Source of the DNA: Cirrosporium novae-zelandiae
Taxonomy: Eukaryota
Assembly (NCBI GenBank): GCA_026023565.1
Contig: JAPETS010000020.1
Location: 558,001 to 599,686 of the forward strand
Direction: 5' to 3'
DNA length: 41,686 bases
How positions within the stretch are numbered: position 1 is the stretch's first letter; the number at the start of each line of letters is the position of its first letter. Below the pieces are notes generated by a model, which saw only the letters and a list, made by a program, of their open reading frames with translations, did not search any database and was not told where the DNA came from. The position numbers and the translations under genes were made by a program. This document shows positions 24,689-34,808 of this stretch, piece by piece.

Positions 24689-25838
24689 ATGTCGTTCCTC
24701 AACAAACTGAGTAGTAAGGTGGAAGGCTACCTGGATAAGGATAAATCGAGTGCATCGCAACCACAGCAACAAACTCGGGGTCAATACCCTCCGCAAGGCC
24801 AAGGGCAATATCAATATCAACAGCAGGCCTATCCTCCACAACAGCAGTATCAACAAAACCAAGGCCAGTATTACAATCGCGCTCCACCCCCGCCACAAGG
24901 ACCACCATCCGGATACCAGGCACCCCAAGGACAACCTCCATATTACAACCAGGGCGGTTATGCTCAACCACCTGGACCACCGCAACAACAACAAGAACAA
25001 TATTACCCTCCACCACCGAACCCCCCTCCTCAAGCCGGTCCTGCACAATTACCTCCGGGATGGGTAGCCCGGTGGGATGAAAACAGCAGGTCATACTACT
25101 ACGTAGAACAAGCTAGCTCGGTTCGTACCTTTTTTTTTTTGAAACAAATTTCCATTAAACTGGGAGATGAATTTACTTATAATAATATCTAGACATCCCA
25201 ATGGGCTCATCCAAATTCCTATTCCGTCCCCCCAATCTCAGCGTCTGGTGGTGGTGCCAGAGGCATGCCACCTCCAATCCCCCAACACCCATCCGAACAG
25301 CAGAGCGGTGGATACTACAATCAACAACATGCCCCAGGAGGTTATGGAGGAGGAGGTGGTTATGGCGGCCAGCAAGGTTACGGGGATACCCGCGGATACG
25401 ACGGACAGAGTGGTGGATACGGACAGGAACAAGTGAAGCAAAAAGACAGCAGCGGTAAAAATAAAATGCTTGTTGGAGCTGCCGCGGGTCTCGCTGTAGG
25501 CGCTGTCGGTGGTGCCGTTATTGCCCACGAACTAAGTATGTTCCTCTTCTAACCCCCCCCCACCCCCCAAAGTTTTCCTCTTACTAACAAAGCTTACTAT
25601 TATAGCCGAGGACGACCACGACCACCACTCAGGCGGCGGCTATGGAGGACCCCCACCCGAAGGACCCGGCGGACCTGGAGGAGGACCCGGCGGACCCGAA
25701 GGAGGACCCGGAGGATTTGGAGGAGGACCTGGTGGACCTGAAGGAGGACCCGGAGGATTTGGAGGAGAACACGACCAACCCCCACCTGAAGACTTTGGCG
25801 GTGGTGGCGGCGGCTCCGATGATGGTGGTGATTGGTAA
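24689..25838 (+). CDS. WW-domain, Gln/Pro/Gly/Tyr-rich protein, Wwm1-like (exons 24689-25120, 25193-25535, 25606-25838; ~335 aa)
   Basis: Splicing reconstitutes the WW domain LPPGWVARWDENSRSYYYVEQASS|TSQWAHP; glycine-zipper MLVGAAAGLAVGAVGGAVIAHEL; acidic Gly-rich end ..GGGGGSDDGGDW*. Confidence 0.87.
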
Positions 25839-26289
25839 ATAGAAATTCAAGAAACAAAACAACATAGAATGCGAGGGATGAAAAAAAAACATGGTTAAGC
25901 TGGCCCTCTCTCTTTAGGTTAATAGATGTTGGGGGTCGTAAGCAAAAAGGAACTGGGAATTCTAGTTTGGTGGGTAGCTGAATGTGTGAATGTTGAATGG
26001 AAAAGTCGGACAACATCCATATTCATGGCATACATACATACATAGCCAGCCGACCTCACTATTATTCTTGAGCATGCATTAGAAAGAAAGAAAGAAAAGA
26101 AACGTAGTTAATCAACCAACCAACCGTATGCAAACCGTAGTATGGGCAACAGAAATGCCATACCTACATACAAAGCACATGTTATATTCACTAATTACCT
26201 ACCGACTAGGACAAGCTTAAATAAAACAAAACAAAACCCCAATCCAACTAACGTCGTTCCCCAATTCCACAAACACATTCCCATCTTTT

Positions 26290-26375
26290 CTTTTCTTCTT
26301 CTTCTTCTTCTTCTTCTTCTTCTTCTTCTTCTTCTCCTTCTCCTTCTTCTTCTTCTTCTTCTTCTCCTTCTCCTT
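26290..26375. repeat. (CTT)n/(CTCCTT)n microsatellite
   Basis: Long pure pyrimidine triplet tract; it gives the spurious poly-Leu ORF 26142-26402. Confidence 0.92.
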
Positions 26376-26709
26376 CCCCTTCCCCTTCTCTTTCCCCCCT
26401 AACCCCCCCCTTCGCTAACTAGCTAGCCAGTGGGTTCGGAACCCCCGTCACGACTTACACTTCTTTGTCAGTTTGTGCTGAACTTCGTTTATAATATACT
26501 ACTTAGTCTACTAACCCTGCCATTGTAAACAACCTGACGTAATCGTAATTTTTTGTTCAGTCTAATGGAAATTTTGTTGCGGTGGTACCTAACATGGGGG
26601 GAATCCATGGGATAGATTGAAGACGTATCCTATAATTAGTGACATTGCTTAATATGAATGTGTTTATGTACATGCTGTCATAGGCTGACTCGGATGGACT
26701 AGATATAGT

Positions 26710-29120
26710 CTAATATGAATTACGCAAGGAATCACACTTATAGCCGTCTGCCTTCGAATACGCGGTGGAGGCAAGCTCTTTCGCGAGATGAGGCTCGTCC
26801 TTGAGTCTGGCAGACACATAAAGTTTAAGTTTTCTCTTATTGGCCCATTTGATGAAGAATCTTTCGGGGTACAAGATCATTTTCGTGAAACCGTATTTAG
26901 TCAAGGATGTCTCTAGCTGGTTCAGCAACCTGACCTGCGGATCATCTGATGTATTCTTGATTTCGCGAGCAAAATGAGAAATCTGGATTAGAAGCGGACC
27001 AACAAGTGAAAGATTGAGCTGTGATATTTTGTCTGGTGCAGGTTTGATCTGAGCTAAGAGACTTTGGCAAATATAAATATCAAGGTCGAAGCGTCCTTTA
27101 TCTTGGCTTATCCATTGGGCTAGTCTCTCCTGGGCATTTTTTCCAGCCATGTAATCGCGTACCGTTCGATGCAAAAATCTAACCTTGTATTTCCAGTATG
27201 GGTCGGCAGTGGTATCTTCAGTGATGAGAAGCAAATCCGTACAACGTGCGTTTAATCGAGATCGCATGTTCTCTGGCATTAATCTTGAATCTTCTAGACT
27301 GTAAGGCTTAATATCCATCATAGTACCAAACTCCGAATTAGTCTGTTCGAGAAAAGAAAACATCAGTAAATAAGGCTCCATGATAGTGCGCAACATTATC
27401 TGATAAATCTTTGCTGCATCGACCCGATAAACTTTTTCCACATTTGCAAGCATGCTGTCGAAATATTTATTCAAGTCGCTGGGCATATCCGCAAGCCTCT
27501 TCTGAAGTGTCGCGGCAGAGTCTGCATTCTGAAGACCTCTAATAAGGGATTTGACCACAAGATCGACCCACAAGAAAACCCCTTCGGCTTTGGTGACAAC
27601 TTCGTCAACAAGGTTGCCGCTTTCCTTGAGGTTCTGACGTTTGAGGCGACTGAATTTTTGTTCTCTTCCAAACTCATGCTGAACATATGTCTGGATATCG
27701 TTCTTGGTAAGTTGTTCCAAGTAGATTACTCTGGAGATATCTCGAATGTCCTCTCCAAACTCATTCATGAAGGCATTCCATTTTCGGCTTGCGAAGCAAA
27801 ACTTGATGTCTGAGGACTTCGGAAGCTTTCTGATGAGATTGATCATGTCTTGGGGCTGCCCTTCATACTCATCCAAGCCATCTACAAAGAAACAGAACTT
27901 GGTATCATTATGATCTTGGGTTATGGCCAGATTGAAGGCTTCTAACTACTCATTGACAGTCCATGCTTCTTCATAATAGTGGCTGCTACGCTGTGCCTTC
28001 CATCTCGCTGGACAAGCAAATGGGGTCAGTGAAGAATTCTGCTTTAGAATCTTGAAGACAAGTGATCGGAGAAGGCCCTGCTGCGATTTTTGCATTTCCG
28101 AGCCACCTGACATCCAAAAATAAAAATCCACAAATACAGAATTTTTTCTTGTTAGCCCAAATATCCAAAAGTTGTCTCGTGCGTCCGTGGTCGTGGAGAA
28201 ACTTCATTAGTGTTGATTTTCCGGAACCAGGTTTCCCGCTGATCCAATATATGTTGTCGTCCGGTTTTTGACTTTGAAGCCACTCAGCGAAATGGATGCG
28301 AGGGAGTGAAGGGCCTGGACTCTTGTTCTCAAAAATCCACACAAACGTATGTGTTTCCGCAATTTGGATTTGGTCATACCGCTGCTTCATATTGGAAAAG
28401 TAGAGGCTTGACAAAATCGCTGTTTGAGCTGTGATTGTACGGCTTTTGTTGGTCAACTTCGATAGCTTTTCCGGAAATTTTTTCAGATCAGAGGCATGGA
28501 ACGAAGTTCGGCGGATCACATCTACAATTTCGGACTTCAGATCCTGAATTTTCGTTGTAAGGTTGAGCTCCATCCTTGAATTATGGTCGACGAGACTTAG
28601 GAGCTGCGAGTTGATCCGAGATGTTTTGCCACTTCAGGGGAATTCTGTTAGCAATAATATTATTGAACGCTGGACCCAAAACATACTCTAAAAGTTTCAA
28701 TAAGTTTAGTTGTACTTCAGCCTGGAGGGTCTTCATCCTTGTCGCTAACCCTTCAATCCTGTTGCGCTTCAACACGCTTCTTGTCCCCTGGAATAAGGAT
28801 TTCCATAACTTATTCCTGTTGATAGACTAAATCTTAAGGCTCTTCAAGAGTTCAATGAACTCCGTGGCAGTATCTTTGTACCTAGAAGCGGGCTCCATGA
28901 GCGCCATCTCTGCTGGTTCATAAGTTCTTATATCTGTGTCAACGGTGCTCATGAGGGACTTTATTCTTTCAGAGTCTGCTTGCAGTTCATCGTGCTCGGG
29001 TAAAGATCCCGACGTGGAAAGACATAGCCTCAAAGTCTTGTCAATAATCTTCGTTCCAAAATCGATAAACTGAATAACGCTACTAGCCACGGCTAGAGCC
29101 GAGAATGGGTCAAGAACCAT
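26710..29120 (-). pseudogene. Disrupted fungal NLR-type STAND gene: HeLo-like/SesA-type N-terminus, NACHT-like NTPase and helical C-terminal region
   Basis: Start MVLDPFSALAVASSVIQFIDFGTKII; Walker A YWISGKPGSGKSTLMKF; FYFW..MQKSQQGLLRSL; Walker B FCFFVDGLDEY; ASR.W; AEGVFLWV; FLHRTVRDY. Intron 28686-28632. Lesions: in-frame TAG at 28827-28829, one-base frameshift near 28116-28147, in-frame TAG at 27946-27948. Confidence 0.88.
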
Positions 29121-30686
29121 GACTACGAGAGCGCGGCTCAAACAAGACGGAGGTTGAATAATCCTCAAAGGATCAAAAGAGATGTCTCCCGCCAGGAGGA
29201 TAACGGAACGAAAGAGAAAGAGAGGAAGAAGCGGGCTTCTCAGCCTTGCTTGACGGGCGTGGTGCTGTAATAAGCGTCCATTTATAGAAGTAATAGCATC
29301 AACGAACGAACGATTATAAAATCTGCGCCACATGGCTCCTGGATTGCCTAAATCACTGGAGTTTTGGTTCGCTGGCCCTCCTGAGCTTTCTTGTCATTTT
29401 GTGTAAGGATGTTGAATAAAGTTATCCTGTAAAGCGGTTACATGGCTATTGCTAACAAAGTCAAAAAAATATATAATCTTAAGATTATAATTTGTCAGTT
29501 TTAGTTTCATAGTTGATTTCACAGATACAAGCAAGATTTAATATTGGATAAATGAGGCTCTCGCTGCGGTAGCCATGAAGAATTATCAGAAGCTTGGCAC
29601 GGATAGTTCCGGGGCATCACTATATCCCTTGTCTAAAATCAAAGGACAACCACTCGAGTATTGTCCCACTTTTTTATATATTTAAAGTAATATATATATG
29701 TTTCATTTTTTATTTTATTTAATTTGGTTGAAGCATTCGGCAACTTTTCCACCCAATTGGTGTGTTGCCATTGGCTTCTACCCGCTCGGGGCTTATATTT
29801 ACAAGCGTGGTTTCTTGCAAGGGTTATCGAAGTCCCGGTATATTACAGTAATACCATGCCAAGACTCGCAGTATAAATAGCATAACTTTCATAGACTGAA
29901 TTCTATATCCTTGTACAAAATAACACAAGAAGGTCACACAAGACCGAGAAGCGTTCAGCCAAAAAAAAAAAGCCAGAACACCAAATACAGACTCGTGTCC
30001 ATGCTTAGAATCATCCCTGGATCTTGACGTCTCATGTATGCCAAGCAATTAGTACCCTCGTCTTGAACAACCCTTGCCTATCCAGTAGCCTACGGTTATT
30101 TACAATCGCACAGTTTCTTTCAAAAGCCTCATCTTATGTTGATGCGATTATAATAATAATAATATAATAATATAATTCTATAATCCCCCTCCACACCACC
30201 ACCAAGACCGCCCATATACATCACATATATCCCACAAGATTGTTGAAAAGAACCCCAACGACCCATCAAAAGTTCACACAGTTTAAAGAAAGAAAAGAAA
30301 TGACGAATTTTTGACATGTAGGTTGTTAGGCAGTAGGGGTGAAGTAATAGGGGTGGGTTGGTAAACTATATTAATAATGTTCCTTTTTGGGGGCGTAGGG
30401 GGAGGATGGGGTTGGATGTGTTGGTGTATCCAAAAAAGCTCGTTCTGGGCTATTCCATATGAAATATAAAAGACAAAAAATAAAGAACAAAAAATGTGCC
30501 TGTCTAAGAGAAGAAGACAAAACTCCTCATGGGGCTCATCCATCCATTTATACTTCGCTCATGCATTGCCTTGCCTTGCTTCCTTTTCCCGTTTTCCTTC
30601 TCTTTCTTTGGTTTCCTTTCCTTTCCTTCTATTTCCTCCTCTTTCTGTTTCTTCGCTATGCTTCAACCTCCCACCACTCCTGCTCT

Positions 30687-32974
30687 CTACTTCTTCTTAT
30701 TCGAATGTACCACCTCAATAATTCTCCCCACAACACTCGGATCGCTCAGCTGCGGAAGCGAATCAACCTTCGACTGTCCCAACCACTCCTCTGAACGCTT
30801 AAAACTGGGGCCTCGACTTACCGTGCTCGTGTCACCTAGCTGATCTTCCTCTCCACTCAATATCTTCCTCAGAATCCTCCTCATGATCTTTCCTGAACGC
30901 GTCTTCGGCAGATCGTCCACCATAAAGACAGCCTTGGGCGCTGCGAAGGGACCGATCGATCGTCGTACTTGGAGAATGAGATCCTTGCGCACCTCATCCG
31001 AAGTCTCGTTGCCTTCTTTTAGGGAGACGAAGGCGTTGACGGCTTGGCCGGTTAGGTCATCGTGGATACCAACAACCGCGGCTTCCGCAACTTGGTCTAG
31101 GAATTTGTTAGTATGAAGGAAACAAGAGGGGAAACTACCTAAAATAGGCTAGGAGTGGATGCGAACGGTGTTCTATTAACGCGGCTTCAATCTCAGCTGT
31201 GGATAATCTGTGCCCTGAAACATTAACGACATCGTCAACGCGACCGCGGATCCAGTAGTATCCCTCGTGGTCTCGGCCAGCACCGTCTCCAGTGAACTAT
31301 CTTGTCAGTATCTCAAGTAAAAATAGGTACTACGACACTCATGAAACTTACGTAGTAACCCTTGTAGACATTCAGATAGGTATCCATGTAACGCTTGTGT
31401 GCACCCCAGACTGTTCGAGCCATGCTTGGCCATGGTTGTTTGATCGCAAGAACACCTTCGACATCGTTTCCTTGAATTTCTTCTCCAGAAACGGGATCGA
31501 TGATGGCAGGTTCGATACCAAAGAAGGGCAGAGTTGCCGAGCCAGGTTTTGTGGGAGTGATGCCACCCAGAGGGGTGATTACGTGACAGCCAGTCTCTGT
31601 TTGCCAGTAGGTATCGACAATATGTGCTTCTTCTTTGCCGACAACCTCAAAGTACCATTTCCAGACTTCAGCGGCAATTGGTTCACCGACTGATCCAAGA
31701 ACTCTGAGTTTCTTCATGGCCTTATTGCAGTATTCGTCACCAGCCCTCTTCAATAACCGTAGAGCAGTGGGAGCAACATAGAATTGCGAGACATCGTGCT
31801 TATCGATGACCTCCCAATATCGCGAAAAGTTGGGGTATGCAGGAGTTCCCTCAAAGACCACGGTTGTGATACCAAGTAAGAGTGGAGCGTAGACGACATA
31901 TGTGTGGCCGGTAATCCAACCAACATCACCACCACAGAAGAAGCGGTCTGAGTCATGAATGTCAAAGACGTATTTTCCAGTGGCGGCTGCTCCCAGGAGA
32001 TATCCAGCAGTGCTGTGCATGACACCCTTGGGTTTGCCAGTTGAGCCAGATGTGTAGAGAAGGAAGAGAGGATCTTCTGAGTTCATGGACTCAGGGGCGA
32101 TGTAGCATGGGTATTTTTCAACCTCCTCGTGCCACCACCAATCTCTGCCCTTTGTCCATGGTACGTCGGTACCAGTTCGCTTGTAGACGAGAACATGGCT
32201 AACATCTGGGCACTTCTTCAATGCTTCATCAACAATTTTCTTGGTGCCAATTACTTTGCCTCCGCGTTTTCCTTCGTCGGTTGTGATGACAACCTTCGAT
32301 TGTGCGTCGATGACTCTGTCTTTGAGAGAATCTGAAGAGAAACCAGCAAAGACGACAGAGTGAATAGCACCGATACGACTGCAAGCAAGGAATGCAATCA
32401 AGGCCTCTGGAATCATAGGTAGATAGATAGCAACCGTATCGCCCTTCTTCACACCCATCTGCTTGAGAACCCAGGCAACCTTGGAGACCTCCCTCAGGAG
32501 TTCACCGTATGTGATTTTTCGTCCCTCATTCGGCTCATCGGCCTCATATATGATGGCAACCTTGTTGGGGTCTTTCAGAGCATGTCGATCGACGCAATTG
32601 AAGCAGGCATTTAGTCGTCCTTCCACGAACCAGGCATTGTCGCCGTTCTCGAAGGAACCACTGTGTACGGTTTGAAAATCCCTTTCCCATGTTAACAATT
32701 CTCTCGAGAGTTTGCCCCAAAAGGTAGTTGGATCTTCAATGGATTGCTTGTATAATTTCTTGTACTCGTCGATGTTCTTCAGATGAGGGCCCCCGTTGGG
32801 ATGTTTACTAGAAAAAAGGGTCAGTCAACCTCGACAACTGGGATCGGCGATTGAAATGTGCTTGACAACGTACTCAAAGAGAGCTTGCGGCACATGAACA
32901 TAATCGACATTATGGGCTTCGATTACAGTCGGCTGTTTAACACCATTGGGGGGTACAGCGTTGCCTTCAGACAT
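30687..32974 (-). CDS. facA: Acetyl-CoA synthetase (exons 32974-32874, 32807-31352, 31296-31167, 31096-30822, 30749-30687; ~674 aa)
   Basis: AMP-binding motif [53 protein letters not shown]. All four GT-AG junctions keep frame. Confidence 0.97.
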
Positions 32975-33436
32975 GGTTGCTGACTTAATTGATGGAAATG
33001 GTGTTTGTGGTTACAGTTAAGGTGCGGAAAAAATCTTCTCAACGGTAGCGGTCACTGTTGGTTCAAGGAGATTTGGACCAAATGGGGTGTAGACAACAAT
33101 ACTAAGGAGAGCGGGGATTGTTGAAATCACGAGAGGACGGTGGACTGACTCCCGAAACCGGTGGTCAGTGTGGATGTTCTTGTTGCCTTAGGATTGGACC
33201 TGACTGTCAACTGCGGCTGTTAGATGATTAGTTCTCTTTACCTTGAAATTGAATTCATCAATAAATAAAATAAATAATAAAAAAGAAGTCGTAGTCGTAG
33301 TAGATATGGAAAGATGTAGGAGAAGGAATCCAGAGAGGATAGGATAGAAAAGTGTGTAGGTATAAGTATAAATACTCTGTGAGGGTTTTTTTTTTTCGTA
33401 TCAGCGGCGGCGGTGGAGAGTATAGATTGATGGATT

Positions 33437-33449
33437 CGGCACAATTCGG
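33437..33449 (-). promoter_or_regulatory. CCG-N7-CCG motif (AcuK/AcuM-type Zn2Cys6 site) ~460 bp upstream of the ACS ATG
   Basis: Plus strand cgg-cacaatt-cgg. A second CCG-N7-CCG lies at 34139-34151 on the plus strand. Short motif, so a chance match is possible. Confidence 0.4.
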
Positions 33450-33806
33450 CAATGTGCATGGCCTCGATCCTTTATCAATAGTTCGAAGATGCATAATAGT
33501 AATCTAGTCTAATGACTTTAAGTGAGTGTTTGTGTTTAGATGGAGACAGACAGTGACCAGCGACATGAATTCTTTGTTTCCTTACCCCCCTCTCGAATCC
33601 TACCAATTGAGGGGCATTGTTGGGGTCTTGGTTTAACGATGATGGGCTATCATGGGCTATCATGGGCTTTGTCTCTAATTCTGGTGGGGTTCTGGATGAG
33701 CGGGGAAAGCTCCTACGGCTCCCCATGCACAGGTCCTCCATTACCTTGATTGTCATCATCTCTCCGTTGGACCGCCCAGTAGATTGTTAACTATTAAATC
33801 AATTCC

Positions 33807-33955
33807 AAGCCAACTCGAAGCCAACTCGAAGCCAACTCGAAGCCAACTCGAAGCCAACTCGAAGCCAACTCGAAGCCAACTCGAAGCCAACTCGAAGCCA
33901 ACTCGAAGCCAACTCGAAGCCAACTCGAAGCCAACTCGAAGCCAACTCAAAGCCA
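33807..33955. repeat. 11-bp minisatellite (AAGCCAACTCG) x ~13.5
   Basis: 12 perfect copies, one with a terminal G>A change, then a partial copy; no spacers. Confidence 0.97.
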
Positions 33956-34072
33956 TCAATAAACCAACCATCAACTCTATACCTAAAGTGAACAAAGCAA
34001 ATAACTTCTAGAAGTCAACAACCAATCATGCAAACGACAAACGGTGACCTGAACATGCGGAGAACCCAGAAT

Positions 34073-34140
34073 ACCAAGGACACCAAGGACACCAAGGTCA
34101 CCAAAAGGACACCAAGGTCACCCCAGGATAACCCAAGACC
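34073..34140. repeat. Degenerate 9-bp tandem repeat (ACCAAGG(A/T)C)
   Basis: accaaggac accaaggac accaaggtc accaaaaggac accaaggtc ... Confidence 0.75.
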
Positions 34141-34373
34141 GCCCAACCCCGGATATCCGCGTCGAACGATAGATATTGGATATAGTCTACGTACACTTGA
34201 TCCCGATTCAGCTTTGGACCGACCGAATTGTTTTCCTAATTACTTCCTTCCTGTTCCATTCCTACCTCAGGTTCAATGCCGATGCACAGCTGGTCACCTT
34301 GGTCACCTACCTTATGCCTCATGCGGGAAATGAAAATATATTGGACTTGTTTTGTCAGCTTGTCATCTTATCA

Positions 34374-34412
34374 TCTTGCCCTCTTGCCCTCTTGCCCTCT
34401 TGCCCTCTTGCC
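34374..34412. repeat. (TCTTGCCC)n 8-bp tandem repeat
   Basis: About five units read directly. Confidence 0.85.
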
Positions 34413-34719
34413 ATCTCGCTGGGCCTCCCGAGCAACTTATTTAATTTTCTCCAGCCCCCCTTGTTTCTCCAGTTTTTGATCAACCCTCCCGTCCATTCAT
34501 GAATACATTGCACTAATCATACTAACTACAGCCCCCAATTAAAGACATAGGTTCCTGACTTATGCCCTGTCCTACAAGTCCCTTGAGTCCCAACAAATGA
34601 TTTCAACCTGCTTTTTCCTCTGATCCGGGAGCTTTAGTCCTTGTCTATATTACCCAACCGGACCTCAGGCGGACCCTGTTACCCTCAACGGCAGCCGAAA
34701 GTGCCTGATAAGACCCCCG

Positions 34720-34736
34720 TCCGTTAATCCGCCAAT
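34720..34736 (+). promoter_or_regulatory. CSRE-like element TCCGTTAATCCG with an abutting CCAAT box
   Basis: Matches the yeast Cat8/Sip4 carbon-source-responsive consensus YCCRTTNRNCCG; lies ~1.75 kb upstream of the ACS ATG. Confidence 0.45.
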
Positions 34737-34808
34737 AGGTGATTAACAACCCACTTGGCATCAAAACAGTCACTTTGACTCTTTTGTTTCTCATGACTTT
34801 CTTTTTCT

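Noticed and set aside
26142..26402. Poly-Leu ORF
   Set aside because: Product of the (CTT)n microsatellite.
29121..29333. Longer N-terminus of the NLR suggested by ORF 28827-29333
   Set aside because: The family-typical start is MVLDPFSALAVASSVIQFIDF at 29120; the upstream open stretch looks like promoter/UTR.
32975..33260. Possible N-terminal targeting extension of ACS from upstream sequence
   Set aside because: An in-frame TAA lies 13 codons upstream of the ATG.
33807..33955. Repeat array as CRISPR, or the ORFs 33756-33995 and 33784-34011 as genes
   Set aside because: Head-to-tail 11-mers without spacers, eukaryotic context and no cas genes; the ORFs are translations of the repeat.
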